NCBI GenBank assembly: GCA_963697895.1
Contig: OY969100.1
Span: 1,376,001-1,440,000, forward strand
Length of the DNA stretch: 64,000 nt
Reading direction: 5' to 3'
From: an uncultured Methanomicrobiales archaeon
GTDB lineage: Archaea > Halobacteriota > Methanomicrobia > Methanomicrobiales > Methanospirillaceae
Shown: in pieces, positions 29,234 through 40,087 of the stretch
Position numbering within the stretch: the first letter of the stretch is position 1
Layout: each line of letters opens with the position of its first letter
Position numbers and translations under genes: made by a program
The notes under the pieces: generated by a model
The model's database searches: none
What the model saw: only the letters and a program-made list of their open reading frames with translations
Told to the model about the DNA's origin: nothing

Positions 29234-30313
29234 TTATTCCTCCATTCGATTGCAGAGCATCTCCCGGGTACACCCGGTTATATACGTCCTCGCGCATTTC
29301 AGGTCTGCTACTGTACGCGATCCCGTCAGGAACATGGCAACTCTGAACTGTTCATGGACCGCATCAATCCGTTCGAACAGTTCCTGTTCCCCTTTCATGG
29401 CCGGTTGAAGCAGCGGAAGTGCCATTCCGCCCAATGAGCCACCGAGCGCAATGGCCTTGGCCATATCCACGCCGCTCCGGATGCCACCGGTGGCGATGAC
29501 CGGTCCCCCGAGCGGAGCGATCTCACGCAGGCTCACTACCGTCGGGATTCCCCAGCCCGTAAACTCATCCCTGAGGGAAATGAGTTTTTTATCTTTGTTA
29601 TGTGGACTTTCCTCTGCTCGTACGCCTTCGATGGCGGCCCAGGACGTTCCACCCCAGCCACCAGTATCGATTGCCGCTACTCCTGCTCCAAAACATCTCC
29701 GGGCAGTCTCAGCTGAAATTCCACTCCCAGTCTCTTTTATGATGACCGGGTACTTAAATTCATCACATAGCCGGTGCAGTGCGTCCAGACATCCCGAGGC
29801 GTCATGATCTCCTTCCGGCTGGATCGCCTCCTGGAGAAAATTCAGGTGGATGGCAATCGCATCGGCACCGATCATATCGACCGCACGCTCCGCCCATTCG
29901 ATCCCGTTATCCCTGAGCTGGACGACCCCGAGGTTTGCGACGATAAATGCTTCGGGTGCCTCCTCACGGACGATCGAGAAGGTCTCCTCGAATTCCGGAT
30001 TTTCCAGTGCGGCCCGCTGGGAACCGACTCCCATTCCGATTCCGAACCGGGCGGCCGCCCGGGCAAGCCGGACGTTCACTTCGCGGGTACCGGGATGCCC
30101 TCCTGTCATCGCTGCGATGAAGAGGGGTGAACGAAGCCGGTGATGGAGAAAAACGGTCGAAGTGTCCACCGTCTGAAGATCACATTCGGGAAGCGCATTA
30201 TGGACCAGACGGACGTCTGAAAAGCCGGAAAAACCCCGTTCCACATCATTTTCAAGGCAGATTCGAAGATGGTCCATCTTTCGCCGGGGAGTGCTGGGCT
30301 CAGGCGCCGACAT
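29234..30313 (-). CDS. fni: Type 2 isopentenyl-diphosphate isomerase
   Basis: RRKMDHL, AMTGG, GVGSQR, HLNFLQEAIQPEG, KETGSG, GGTSW. Confidence 0.96.
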   Translation of the reverse strand: MSAPEPSTPRRKMDHLRICLENDVERGFSGFSDVRLVHNALPECDLQTVDTSTVFLHHRLRSPLFIAAMTGGHPGTREVNVRLARAAARFGIGMGVGSQRAALENPEFEETFSIVREEAPEAFIVANLGVVQLRDNGIEWAERAVDMIGADAIAIHLNFLQEAIQPEGDHDASGCLDALHRLCDEFKYPVIIKETGSGISAETARRCFGAGVAAIDTGGWGGTSWAAIEGVRAEESPHNKDKKLISLRDEFTGWGIPTVVSLREIAPLGGPVIATGGIRSGVDMAKAIALGGSLGGMALPLLQPAMKGEQELFERIDAVHEQFRVAMFLTGSRTVADLKCARTYITGCTREMLCNRMEE

Positions 30314-31070
30314 CTGTGCCTCCCTCAATGATCGTGCCTCCGGTCGCTGTTCCGTCCAGAAAATCACCCAGCCGGGAGATATGAAAGATCTCAGATCTGA
30401 CCCCGGCACGGGCAAGTTCCATGAGTTCCCGTACCTTCCCCTCCATCCCTCCGGTCACGTCTGTATACACGGATCGACCGATAGAGAATTCTCCTGCTCT
30501 TTCGGGAGTGAGAAGGGGGATGACCTGCCCGCTCGAGAGTACCCCCGGGACATCGGTTGCGAGGCCAATACGTTCGAGCGGCATCAATCCTCCGAGATAC
30601 CGGACAAACTGATCTCCGGATATGATACAGGCTCCCCGTGTCAGATCCAAAACAACATCTCCATGAAGGACCGGGACGATATGAAGGCCGAGCATCAGCG
30701 ACAACTGGCGGTATTCACAGGAGACCAGGCGGCCACCATCCGCAAGACAACCATGCATCGGGTGGATGCCGACCGCCTCGACTCCCTGTTCACGAAGCGC
30801 TGCGACCACCGATTCATTCAACCGGCAGACCGCTTCATGCGTGATGGCGATTCCTTCCCGGTTCTGCTGATCCACGCCATGGGACAACCCGTATGCACGG
30901 GCCTCCGGGTGCCCGCACGAACCGGCTCCATGAATAATAATGATTGAGAGCTCTTCACGGGCGCCGATCTCCCCCGCTATCTGCCGGAGTGCTGCATGAT
31001 CGATGCTACAATCACCGCTTTTATCGGTGATGATGCTCCCGCCCAGCTTTAGAAGGATACGTTCAGACAT
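30300..31070 (-). CDS. ipk: Isopentenyl phosphate kinase
   Basis: LKLGGSIITDK, HGAGSCGH, PVLHGD, ISGD, DVTGGM; located between mvk and fni. Confidence 0.93.
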   Translation of the reverse strand: MSERILLKLGGSIITDKSGDCSIDHAALRQIAGEIGAREELSIIIIHGAGSCGHPEARAYGLSHGVDQQNREGIAITHEAVCRLNESVVAALREQGVEAVGIHPMHGCLADGGRLVSCEYRQLSLMLGLHIVPVLHGDVVLDLTRGACIISGDQFVRYLGGLMPLERIGLATDVPGVLSSGQVIPLLTPERAGEFSIGRSVYTDVTGGMEGKVRELMELARAGVRSEIFHISRLGDFLDGTATGGTIIEGGTDVGA

Positions 31071-31932
31071 CTTTCTCCTTTCTTACCCCTTCGGTATCGA
31101 TCGTGGTTATGAAAGCCCGGGCATCGCATGCCTCGATTGCACTGGCGATCCGGCTCTTCTGGGTCTTCGGGCAGAGGGCGATCATACACCCTCCCCCTCC
31201 CGCTCCGGTTAGTTTGGCACCATATGCCCCAGCAGCACGTGATGCGAGCACCAGGCGCGAGAGTGCCGGATGTCCGACGCCGATCGCATCGAGCAGTGCA
31301 TGATTCATGTTCATCAGTTTTCCCAGTTCGGGAGGGTCACCGATATGATGCATCGCTTTCATAGTGATCGCTCCGATCGCTTCCAGCACCGGGTTGCAGA
31401 TCTCAGGATTTTTTTTCCTCAGATCTGCTACCAGTTCAACCATTTTCGATGTATTATGGGAGATCAGGGAATTGCCGATCACCAGCGGAAATTGCTCGGG
31501 CGGTAACCTCCTTCGTGAACTGCCGGTGACAAGGACCAGACCTCCGAATGTGGAAACGGATGTGTCGGTCGCACTTGCTCTCCCCTTCTGGACCTTTTTT
31601 TCGATCGTGAATGCGATGTTTGCGATCTCCTCGCGGGTTCGCCCGAGGGTGAACTCGTCGTTGATGGCCGAGAGTGTGGCAACGGTGACCGCTGCGGATG
31701 AACCAAGACCGGATGAGCTCGGGAGTTGCGAATTCACGTAGATGCTCCCTTTAACTCCCATTTCCTCGAAGCAGTTGTCGATGTAGGGGGATTTGGCCCG
31801 ATGGGCGGTCTTGCTCTTTCTTACGGTCACAAATACCCTTGGCTTTATCGCCATCGCCATACCGGGTTTCCCATAGACCACCGCATGCTCCCCGAACAGA
31901 AAGACCTTTCCGGGGGCACTCCATGTTGCCAC
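31063..31932 (-). CDS. mvk: Mevalonate kinase
   Basis: APGKVFLFGEHAVVYG, PSSSGLGSSAA, KLTGAGGGG. Confidence 0.96.
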   Translation of the reverse strand: MATWSAPGKVFLFGEHAVVYGKPGMAMAIKPRVFVTVRKSKTAHRAKSPYIDNCFEEMGVKGSIYVNSQLPSSSGLGSSAAVTVATLSAINDEFTLGRTREEIANIAFTIEKKVQKGRASATDTSVSTFGGLVLVTGSSRRRLPPEQFPLVIGNSLISHNTSKMVELVADLRKKNPEICNPVLEAIGAITMKAMHHIGDPPELGKLMNMNHALLDAIGVGHPALSRLVLASRAAGAYGAKLTGAGGGGCMIALCPKTQKSRIASAIEACDARAFITTIDTEGVRKEKDV

Positions 31933-31933
31933 C

Positions 31934-32719
31934 CTATATCACCGCGACAGCCGCATACCCCACGACTTCCCGGTCACCGGTGACATCCCCGCTGGTCGCG
32001 TACCGGAGTAGTTCGGCACGCTGCGCGCCCACTCCCCGGGTGATATGGCACATCGCGGCTATCGGCCCGTATCCACATGCGCTGACATTGCGTTCTCTTA
32101 TACGATGGTAAAATGCGGGGATATCCAACGTTTTCAACGCCTCGATCGCATAGAGATCATTGGCTTTTGCGATATCGGCCGGTACATAATGTGAAAAATC
32201 GCTTGATGCGACGATAGTCACTTCCCTCCCCGTCTCGCGGACTACCCTGAGGACATCCTCTGCAAGTCGGGCCGCACTTTGTGGATCCTGATCGCCCATC
32301 ATAATCGGTACAATGCGGGATCTCGGGAACCGGTATTTGATAAATGGCATCTGTACTTCCAGCGAATGTTCATCCTGGTGCGAGACCTCATCGACCTCCA
32401 GATCCAGGGCACGGATAAACTCCTGATCGGGGTCGATTATTCCCAGCGGCGTCTCCCAGGGGATCAGGGAAACGCAGGTCTGGTAACCCCGGTGGCTTGG
32501 CCCGATAACGATAAACGTACCGGCGAAGGAGGAGTGTACCGCTCCAAATGCATTCGCCGCTACTTCGCCCGAATAAATGTAACCCGCGTGGGGGGAGACG
32601 ATCCCCCGGGCACTCATTTCGCTCTCCTTCCCCCGGAAGAACTTTTCCAGGAGCTGCTCGAGATGATTCGGGTCCCTCGGATAAAACATGCCCGCGACGG
32701 CGCTCTTCCGTATCTTCAT
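31934..32719 (-). CDS. MEMO1 family protein (AmmeMemoRadiSam protein B)
   Basis: AVAGMFYP, PHAGYIYSG, EHSLEVQMPF, ASSDFSHY, CGYGP, YATSGD. Confidence 0.94.
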   Translation of the reverse strand: MKIRKSAVAGMFYPRDPNHLEQLLEKFFRGKESEMSARGIVSPHAGYIYSGEVAANAFGAVHSSFAGTFIVIGPSHRGYQTCVSLIPWETPLGIIDPDQEFIRALDLEVDEVSHQDEHSLEVQMPFIKYRFPRSRIVPIMMGDQDPQSAARLAEDVLRVVRETGREVTIVASSDFSHYVPADIAKANDLYAIEALKTLDIPAFYHRIRERNVSACGYGPIAAMCHITRGVGAQRAELLRYATSGDVTGDREVVGYAAVAVI

Positions 32720-32759
32720 CGGATTACCCTTAATTTTTCTGGTATATGAGCATTCGGTC

Positions 32760-33368
32760 TCACAGTTCGGTTTCGAAGTCCTCGGATGTCATTGAGGTGG
32801 ATATTCCCCGAAGCCGGAGCATCTCCCGTGTCAGCAGGTAGTATATCATGGAGAGCGCCTTTCTTCCCTTGTTGTTGGTCGGTATCACCAGATCGATGAA
32901 ACTGGTCATGTTATTCGTGTCGCAGAGTGCCACGATCGGGATTCCGGACTGCACGGCCTCCTTGATCACCTGCGAATCCCCTATCGGATCGGTCACTACC
33001 ACGACCTGGGGTTCGATATACCCGTTCAGATTCTGATTCGTAAGCATCCCGGGGATGAACCGGCCGGTCACCGCCATACCGCCGATCGTCTCTGCAAATT
33101 TTCGTGCCGGGTACTGGCCATATTGCCGGGATGTGACGACGAGGATGTTCGGGGGTTCAAACTGGCTCAGGAATTTGGCAGCCGTCTTGATCCGCTCATC
33201 CGTCTCCCGGATGTCAAGGATATACAGACCGTCTCCTCGTACCCGGTAGATGAATTTCTTCATATCTTTGCTCTTCTGCTGCGTTCCGATATGGACTCCT
33301 GCGGCAAGGTACTCTTCCACGGGGACGAGCGGTTCTTTCAGTTCAATTTCCATTTCGTTTTCTGTCAT
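32760..33368 (-). CDS. rps2: 30S ribosomal protein S2
   Basis: [26 protein letters not shown]. Confidence 0.97.
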   Translation of the reverse strand: MTENEMEIELKEPLVPVEEYLAAGVHIGTQQKSKDMKKFIYRVRGDGLYILDIRETDERIKTAAKFLSQFEPPNILVVTSRQYGQYPARKFAETIGGMAVTGRFIPGMLTNQNLNGYIEPQVVVVTDPIGDSQVIKEAVQSGIPIVALCDTNNMTSFIDLVIPTNNKGRKALSMIYYLLTREMLRLRGISTSMTSEDFETEL

Positions 33369-34561
33369 GCGATCTGCTCCTCTATTCGGATTAGCTCGTT
33401 TAATTTGGCTATTCTTTCACCGCCGACCACGCCCGTCTTGATAAAGATGCAGTTGAAGGCGGTGGCAAGATGTGCAATCGTGGTGTCAGTCGTCTCTCCC
33501 GACCGGTGGCTCATGACGGTGTCCATTCCGTAGGTATGTGCGAGGCGGACCGCTTCATACGTGTCGGTCAGGGTCCCAACCTGGTTGGGCTTGATCAGGA
33601 CACAGTTTGCAGAACCCGCTTCGATTCCCTGGACTATCCGCGACACGTTCGTTACAAAGAGATCATCCCCGCAGATCAGGCAACGATCTCCGACCTGTGC
33701 GGTCAGGTCGGCAAACCCGGAAAAATCTTCCTCGTGAAGGGGATCTTCTACATACACCAGTCCAAACCGGTCGACCAGTTCAGCAATATATGCGATCTGA
33801 TCCTCGGTCGTGCGGTTTTGGGTCCGGTAATGGTAGAGTCCGTCTCCCCCCTGCCATTGCTGGCTCGCGGCTACGTCTACGCCCAGATGCACCTGGCATT
33901 CCATTGCATCGGATACCGATGCTGCGGCTTCGGTGACTATTTCAAATGCCTCTTCATCGGTTACCCTGGGTGCCCAGGCACCTTCATCGCCTTTCCCACA
34001 GGATCTCCCCCGTGTCATCAGGATCTCGTGGACTTTCCGGTGAACCGCGGCATTCGCAAAGACCGCTTCCGAAGTATCGGCGGTTCCGGTCGGCACTACC
34101 AGGAATTCCTGTATCTCAGTTGCCCCTTCCGCATGGGCACCTCCGCCGATTACATTCCCGAGCGGGAGCGGACAGCCACTGATAAAAATCCCCCCCAGGT
34201 ACTGGAAGAGATCCATATCGAGTGATGAGGCCGCTGCCTTTGCATTCGCAAGGGATAATGCAACCGCGACATTTGCACCGATCGTTCCAAAATTCCCGGT
34301 CGCATCGAGCTCGCGGAGTAATCCGTCGAACCCTATCTGATCTCCTGCATCTTCCCCAATCAGGGTGGGAATAATATGCTCACGGGCATATTCCACTGCT
34401 TCTTTCGGTTCCCGTACAACTGCCTCGAAAGTTCCGGTACTGGCCCCGCTCGGTGCAGCCGCCCTCCCAAATCCATTTTCGGTCCATATATCCGTTTCTA
34501 CCGTGCGGTTGCCCCGACTGTCCAGTATCACCCGTAGCTGGATATCCTGTATCATGGTCAT
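33365..34561 (-). CDS. eno: Enolase
   Basis: [40 protein letters not shown]. Confidence 0.97.
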   Translation of the reverse strand: MTMIQDIQLRVILDSRGNRTVETDIWTENGFGRAAAPSGASTGTFEAVVREPKEAVEYAREHIIPTLIGEDAGDQIGFDGLLRELDATGNFGTIGANVAVALSLANAKAAASSLDMDLFQYLGGIFISGCPLPLGNVIGGGAHAEGATEIQEFLVVPTGTADTSEAVFANAAVHRKVHEILMTRGRSCGKGDEGAWAPRVTDEEAFEIVTEAAASVSDAMECQVHLGVDVAASQQWQGGDGLYHYRTQNRTTEDQIAYIAELVDRFGLVYVEDPLHEEDFSGFADLTAQVGDRCLICGDDLFVTNVSRIVQGIEAGSANCVLIKPNQVGTLTDTYEAVRLAHTYGMDTVMSHRSGETTDTTIAHLATAFNCIFIKTGVVGGERIAKLNELIRIEEQIA

Positions 34562-34568
34562 GGGTATT

Positions 34569-34736
34569 CTACTTCCTCTTTACGGTGATGGGGATGACGT
34601 TATGCTGGAATTCCTCGATTGCGATCTCGAGGGGGTCAATCCTGGTGGTCTTGATCAACAACGGAGCACCCATCGATATTTGCAGAGCTCTGGCTCCGAT
34701 GATCCTCGCTCTCTCATACCGGGTATACGACTGCAT
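34569..34736 (-). CDS. rpoK: RNA polymerase subunit Rpo6/K (55 aa; not in the ORF track)
   Basis: Manual translation [55 protein letters not shown]. Confidence 0.96.
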   Translation of the reverse strand: MQSYTRYERARIIGARALQISMGAPLLIKTTRIDPLEIAIEEFQHNVIPITVKRK

Positions 34737-34773
34737 CCTCAATCCTCAAAATTCATGTCTGTTACTAATGAAA

Positions 34774-34848
34774 TGGGGTCGCTGAGATTCGAACTCAGGT
34801 CACAGCATCCCGAACGCCATAGGATAGTCCAGGCTACCCCACGACCCC
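34774..34848 (-). tRNA. tRNA-Pro (anticodon CGG)
   Basis: GGGGTCG...CGACCCC acceptor stem, D-arm GGTAGCCTGG, anticodon loop TTCGGGA, T-loop GTTCGAATC; CCA not encoded. Confidence 0.95.
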
Positions 34849-35037
34849 TCACTGGTATGGGTTGATATCATCAATTATCTCCTTATGCGTCAGCAGCATG
34901 CGTCTGCAGCAGTAACGCGTAAGGCCAAGGTCATCGAGGATCTGTTTTGGATCCTCGCCCGCTTCTTTCCGGCGTTTGAACTCCTCAAACGCCGGTGAAA
35001 TGACCTTTCCGCAGGTGAAACATCGTACGGGTATCAT
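34849..35037 (-). CDS. rpoN: RNA polymerase subunit Rpo10/N
   Basis: [10 protein letters not shown] and RYCCRRM motifs. Confidence 0.97.
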   Translation of the reverse strand: MIPVRCFTCGKVISPAFEEFKRRKEAGEDPKQILDDLGLTRYCCRRMLLTHKEIIDDINPYQ

Positions 35038-35051
35038 CTGGTTCAATCCCC

Positions 35052-35453
35052 TTAACGATAAGACTTTTGGAATTTCTTCCTTGCGCCGCGGCCATGCGGT
35101 TTCTTCGATTCTTTCTGCCGCGAATCGTTAACCAGCAGGGTCCGATCAAACGTCAGGTACGTATCCTTAATCCGGGGATCATTGTGCCATTTCAGGATCC
35201 CCCGTGCGAGGGCGGTGCGGATCGCTTCGGCCTGACCCATGATTCCGCCTCCATGTACATCGATCGTCACATCCACACCGTTGACCGCATTCGGAACAAG
35301 ATTCAGGGGTTCTGAGATCTTCATCCGGACGAGATCGTTATTGCAGAGCTCGAGTGGGACAGAATTTATCCTTATCCTGCCCTTACCTGACTTGAGCGTC
35401 GCCCTGGCGATTGCGGTCTTTCGTTTTCCACTGGTATTGATTATCTTCACCAT
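35052..35453 (-). CDS. rps9: 30S ribosomal protein S9
   Basis: [22 protein letters not shown]-terminal FQKSYR. Confidence 0.97.
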   Translation of the reverse strand: MVKIINTSGKRKTAIARATLKSGKGRIRINSVPLELCNNDLVRMKISEPLNLVPNAVNGVDVTIDVHGGGIMGQAEAIRTALARGILKWHNDPRIKDTYLTFDRTLLVNDSRQKESKKPHGRGARKKFQKSYR

Positions 35454-35462
35454 GGTTTCACC

Positions 35463-35885
35463 TTAGAATTTTGCCCCGAGGAATGTGCTGACGGCTGCAA
35501 GCGTCACGAACTGGGGGTTGTTCAACCGATCTATGTGAGCTTCTTCAAGAGACTCCATCTCCGTACCGGAGAGTTCTCCCGGAACTCCGACGTAGATCTT
35601 GACCCGCTTTAATGCATCTGCCCCATATGGGCGTTTATAAGGGACCATTCCGCGGATTGTCCGTTTCACGATATGATCCGGCCTCCGGGGGAAGAATGGT
35701 CCTCCTTCACGTGAACCTCTGCTCCTCTTCAGCCCATAGGTGGCCAGCACCCGGGCCCTGCTTCCTGAAATGATCATCTTCTCGGCATTGACCATCGCGA
35801 TGGTCTCTCCCTGGAGCGCCCGTTTCGCTACGAGACTTGCGGTACGCCCGAGAATCAGCCCTTCACCATTGATTACGGTCACCAT
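35463..35885 (-). CDS. rpl13: 50S ribosomal protein L13
   Basis: [25 protein letters not shown]. Confidence 0.96.
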   Translation of the reverse strand: MVTVINGEGLILGRTASLVAKRALQGETIAMVNAEKMIISGSRARVLATYGLKRSRGSREGGPFFPRRPDHIVKRTIRGMVPYKRPYGADALKRVKIYVGVPGELSGTEMESLEEAHIDRLNNPQFVTLAAVSTFLGAKF

Positions 35886-35890
35886 CGTTG

Positions 35891-36256
35891 TCACCTGAGA
35901 ATCCTGATCCTGCTTCCTTTCGGATTGTTACGGAGCAGTTCCTCGATCGTCATGCACTGGCCCCGGGCATCTCGGATCTTGCACGCAGCCGATTCGCTGA
36001 AATTAAGCGCAGCCACGTTCACCGATGCTTCGAGCACACCGCTTCCGAGCACCTTGCCGGGAACGAGGATGGTCTCGCCTTCATTCGCATACCGGTTGAT
36101 CTTGGAAAGGTTGACTTCCGCATAATTTCTGCTGGGTGTTTCCAGCCGTGATGCGATCTCGCGCCAGATGTTCACTTCGTTCTCGCGTGAGGTGTCTTTG
36201 AGAAGCGTTATGAGCTGTACCAGACGTGGGTTCGTCTTCTTCTCGATGCTCTTCAT
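35891..36256 (-). CDS. rpl18e: 50S ribosomal protein L18e
   Basis: [30 protein letters not shown]. Confidence 0.96.
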   Translation of the reverse strand: MKSIEKKTNPRLVQLITLLKDTSRENEVNIWREIASRLETPSRNYAEVNLSKINRYANEGETILVPGKVLGSGVLEASVNVAALNFSESAACKIRDARGQCMTIEELLRNNPKGSRIRILR

Positions 36257-36257
36257 C

Positions 36258-37082
36258 TCATGTTCCTCCTGAAATCTCATCGATCTGTCGGATCAGGTCC
36301 TGCGACTGTTCTTTCAGATACATGAGGCCCCGCTCGACGATCTCCCGGGCAGGAAGCGAACCATCGCCTTCTACCACAAAGATGAACCGTTCGGGATTCG
36401 TGGTAACCCTGATCGCGGATTCACTCCCGATCCCGCTCGAGAGACAGGCGCGCTCGCAGAGACGGCAGAGTGAACATTCCTCCAGCCTTCCCTCGATGAC
36501 CTCCAGCTTATTATTCTGTGTACGGAGAATGTTCCGTGGGCACTCCTCGACACAGATACCGCATCCGTCGCAGATATCCCCGATGGTGATCACCGGGTAG
36601 TTTTTGTACCCGCATACGCTGGTCGGTTGCCACTTTGCGTGTTCCCTTCCGGTAGAGAGAAATGCTCGTGCCTCGATCACCACTTTCTGGTCCTTTGTCA
36701 GTTTGACGATCGGGATATTCCCGTCAGCGGGTATAGCGTTCGGATCCTGCGGGATAAGATCCTTGGATAAGACCGTCACCGGACCCTCGACGCTCATCGT
36801 GAACGTTGCCGTGCAGCCGGGACACCCTTCTCCGTTACAGGTACATTGCGACCTCGGGACATAGCAGCTCAGGTCTGTCTTTATGGGGATCAGGCCGATT
36901 CGCTGTGCCAGCACTTCATCGAAGAGGGCGCTCGTATTATCATAGATCCGGATGTCATCGATGGCAAGGGTGGGCACCTCTCCGATCATGGCTCTCCGAA
37001 TTGCATTTGCAAATGCCGGGTATATCGGCCCCAGCTGGAAACGGCATGCATTTTCATCGACCCGGGAAAATATGATCTCCAT
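36258..37082 (-). CDS. rpoD: RNA polymerase subunit Rpo3/D with ferredoxin-like insertion
   Basis: FANAIRR, NTSALFDE, EHAKWQP; CDGCGICVEECP and CSLCRLCERAC. Confidence 0.96.
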   Translation of the reverse strand: MEIIFSRVDENACRFQLGPIYPAFANAIRRAMIGEVPTLAIDDIRIYDNTSALFDEVLAQRIGLIPIKTDLSCYVPRSQCTCNGEGCPGCTATFTMSVEGPVTVLSKDLIPQDPNAIPADGNIPIVKLTKDQKVVIEARAFLSTGREHAKWQPTSVCGYKNYPVITIGDICDGCGICVEECPRNILRTQNNKLEVIEGRLEECSLCRLCERACLSSGIGSESAIRVTTNPERFIFVVEGDGSLPAREIVERGLMYLKEQSQDLIRQIDEISGGT

Positions 37083-37477
37083 TACACTCTCCTTCCCCGC
37101 CGGCCGCCCTTGGCCCGGATTGAATCGTGGGGAACCGGTGTTACGTCTTCAATGCGTCCGATCCTCATCCCCGCACGGGCAAGGGCGCGGATGGCTGCCT
37201 GTGCGCCGGGTCCGGGACTCCGTTGTTTACCCCGTCCTGGTGCCCTGACTTTAACATGGACTCCTATGATTCCCTTTTCCATCGCAGACTGTGCCACGTT
37301 CTGTGCCATCTGCATGGCAGCGTACGGAGAGCTCTCGTTCCGGTCCTGTTTGACAACCATGCCACCGCTGCTCTTGGTCACCGTTTCAGCACCGGACAGA
37401 TCCGTGATCGTGATGATGGTATTGTTGAAAGAGGCGAATATGTGCGCGATACCCCACTTCTCTTTTTCAGTTGCCAT
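37082..37477 (-). CDS. rps11: 30S ribosomal protein S11
   Basis: [34 protein letters not shown]. Confidence 0.98.
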   Translation of the reverse strand: MATEKEKWGIAHIFASFNNTIITITDLSGAETVTKSSGGMVVKQDRNESSPYAAMQMAQNVAQSAMEKGIIGVHVKVRAPGRGKQRSPGPGAQAAIRALARAGMRIGRIEDVTPVPHDSIRAKGGRRGRRV

Positions 37478-37479
37478 AA

Positions 37480-38025
37480 TCAGCGCACCACCTTCGTGAT
37501 TCTCGCCCGCTCCGCATGGTCAGACGAGGAGATCGGGGAACCTCCGTAGTATGATATCTGGGATTCTTCCGCCCGGTTTACCCGGTACCCCGGGATATTT
37601 ACCCTCCTGCCCCCGATCGCGATATGTCCGTGGGTGATAAATTGTCGGGACTGTTTCGGAGACCGGGCAAGACCCTGACGGTATACGAGGGTCTGCAGCC
37701 TCCTCTCGAGCTGCTGCTGCACCTTGAGTGAAAGGACGTTATCGATATCCGCATCCGGACCGAGGAGACCGAGACGCTGCATATGGCCGATCAATTCGTC
37801 CTTCTTGGTATCGATGATCGATGGTGCCGTCCCTGCCGACATCAATGCAAGGAGATCTCTGGCTGCCTTCCGGTACCGCCGAAGGATGCTCTGCGCTTTC
37901 CATACCTCGCGCTTGTTACGGAGCCCGTATTCGATCACGAGTCGTGTCTCTTCCTGAATACGTGACTTTTCAAAGGGGCGCTTTGGTGTCTCGTATTGTT
38001 TGTGATTCTTTCCCGGATAACCCAT
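37480..38025 (-). CDS. rps4: 30S ribosomal protein S4
   Basis: [26 protein letters not shown]. Confidence 0.97.
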   Translation of the reverse strand: MGYPGKNHKQYETPKRPFEKSRIQEETRLVIEYGLRNKREVWKAQSILRRYRKAARDLLALMSAGTAPSIIDTKKDELIGHMQRLGLLGPDADIDNVLSLKVQQQLERRLQTLVYRQGLARSPKQSRQFITHGHIAIGGRRVNIPGYRVNRAEESQISYYGGSPISSSDHAERARITKVVR

Positions 38026-38037
38026 GCCATCACCGCC

Positions 38038-38493
38038 TTATTCCTTCTTTCTCCGCACGCCGACCGTGCTCCCTGTTCTTCCTGTGGACTTTGTCCGCTG
38101 GCCGCGCACCTTCTGCCCTGTTTCGTGTCGGATTCCCCTGTAACAGCGAATCTTTCTCATAAGGTTGATGTCCTCATCGCGTGCCATGATCACATCGGCG
38201 CCGAACAGATGCTTATTTTCGCCGGTATACACGTCCTTTGGCCGGTTGACCATCCATGCCGGCACAATGGTCCCGTATTTCTCGACTGCCTCGCGGAGCC
38301 GGTCGACATGTGCATCATCCAGCTTCCCCATGATGTCTTTTTCATTGACATTCGCGAGCCGTGCAATGACCCCGGCGGTATGCCTGCCCACGCCCTTGAT
38401 ACCCGTCAGGGCCACGATAACCTTTTTCGTTCCGTCAAGGTCTGTGTTGCTGACCCGTACAAAGTATTTTATTTCTTCTTCCTGTTGTGCCAT
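38038..38493 (-). CDS. rps13: 30S ribosomal protein S13
   Basis: [26 protein letters not shown]. Confidence 0.97.
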   Translation of the reverse strand: MAQQEEEIKYFVRVSNTDLDGTKKVIVALTGIKGVGRHTAGVIARLANVNEKDIMGKLDDAHVDRLREAVEKYGTIVPAWMVNRPKDVYTGENKHLFGADVIMARDEDINLMRKIRCYRGIRHETGQKVRGQRTKSTGRTGSTVGVRRKKE

Positions 38494-38526
38494 TCCAATC
38501 CCTCACACACGGAGATATGCTCGAAA

Positions 38527-38611
38527 CGCTGAGGGAGGGATTTGAACCCTCGAGTCCCAAGGGGACACAGGTTTAGCAAACCTGCGCCATACCAGGCTTG
38601 GCTACCTCAAC
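38527..38611 (-). tRNA. tRNA-Ser (anticodon GCT)
   Basis: GTTGAGG...CCTCAGC acceptor stem, anticodon arm CAGGT-TTGCTAA-ACCTG, long variable arm GTCCC-CTT-GGGAC, T-loop GTTCAAATC. Confidence 0.95.
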
Positions 38612-38884
38612 AGAGAATCTCGCATCTTTCGATACTCGCAGCAAACATCTGCTGCTCCATGAATGGTGCTCTATAATATGTGCATAGTCTGATAATAACC
38701 CTTTGGGTTATTCCGTTCCTCCGGGCTGATGCCAGATTATCCCTTGTCGACGGCAACGATACTGCGAGTGTATAGTACAACAGAAAACAGGGCTACTGTC
38801 TGTGTTCGGATGAAGAGAACGATTTATTACGTATAAACCTTGTCAGAAACGATTCTGACCATTATTTTGGTATACGATCCTTCG

Positions 38885-39883
38885 TCAAAGTCCCTGTCGG
38901 AACACGACCCCTTTCTGCCGGTCCTTCCCGTTCACCCGGGATACACCGGAACCGATCAACCCGGATATCACGATCGGCAGGGCAATGGTTGCATCGACAT
39001 GGCACTGAACCTGGAGGGTGCCGGGAGATTCCTTCCCCCAGCTGATCGCCTCATCAAATGTGCATCCGGAAAGCCCGCCCCAGTGTGGAGCATCCGTGGT
39101 ATACTGGATCGCATAGTCATGACCGCCCAGATCCTTCTCGTGAATGGACCCGATCACCTGTGTCTGCTGGATAAAATTCTTCGGCACGCCACCGCCGATG
39201 TAAATCACTCCGGTCTTTCTTGCATCCTCGACCATCCGGGTGATCTCGTCTGCATCCAGAACCTGGTCGATATCCACGTCGAAACCTCGTCTTCGGGCGA
39301 TCAGAAGCCCGATCCCGATCGAGGAGTCACTGAGAGCCGGGATGAAGATCGGTACTTTTTCTTTTATGCAGGTGGAGATGAACGATTCGCGGCCAGGATG
39401 TTCACGAAGGAGATACTCGCCATACCGTTCAATGAACTCCCGGGAAGACCCGCGGAACGGTGCAATCGTTTCGCCGAACCCTGCAATGCCCCGGTCGACC
39501 TGGCGGAACTCCTCTTCGTACGCAAAAACATCGTAGATCCGATCGATGCCTTTCTCGTATAAATCTGCATCGTTTGCACGATGGTGCCCGAGATAATGGC
39601 GGATACCAAGATGCTCGCATGCATCATGGAAAATGTTCGCCCCGGTAGAGACCACGACATCCACGAAATGATGCCGGATCATCTCTATCAGGCACGCCTG
39701 CATCCCACCGGGAATCATCGCTCCCGAGAGGCCAAAAAAGATCGTGCAATCCGGATCCTGGACCATCCGTTTCCAGACCGCGAGCGACTCCCCGAGTTTC
39801 CTGCCCTGGAACCCGGTCTGGCTCATACCCTCCAGCAGACGATTTACGTCGTTTATTGGCGAAACAGGCGTAGTGGGCTTCAT
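38885..39883 (-). CDS. dys: Deoxyhypusine synthase
   Basis: TGFQG, DSSIG, IGGGVPKN, GGLSGCTFDEAISWGK, DATIALP. Confidence 0.94.
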   Translation of the reverse strand: MKPTTPVSPINDVNRLLEGMSQTGFQGRKLGESLAVWKRMVQDPDCTIFFGLSGAMIPGGMQACLIEMIRHHFVDVVVSTGANIFHDACEHLGIRHYLGHHRANDADLYEKGIDRIYDVFAYEEEFRQVDRGIAGFGETIAPFRGSSREFIERYGEYLLREHPGRESFISTCIKEKVPIFIPALSDSSIGIGLLIARRRGFDVDIDQVLDADEITRMVEDARKTGVIYIGGGVPKNFIQQTQVIGSIHEKDLGGHDYAIQYTTDAPHWGGLSGCTFDEAISWGKESPGTLQVQCHVDATIALPIVISGLIGSGVSRVNGKDRQKGVVFRQGL

Positions 39884-40087
39884 ATACTCTTCCTGTGGTA
39901 CAATAGTTCGGGCGGGGGATTGATAAGGGTATTCAGAGAAGCCCGGAAGGAAAGAACTGATTCAACCATGTGAACATAGCATATAAAATGGGTTCCGATT
40001 GAACGATCGGCCAGTTGTTGTATAAGATTGAAACAGACGCGATAAGCCCGCAGTTGGGCAGTCAGTCGGAATGATTTTTTAAAAAAA

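Noticed and set aside
31934-32719. MEMO1 gene inside the ribosomal/mevalonate superoperon
   Set aside because: A known conserved archaeal gene arrangement.
36258-37082. Fe-S ferredoxin-like domain in Rpo3
   Set aside because: A real feature, but already known from other methanogen RNA polymerases.
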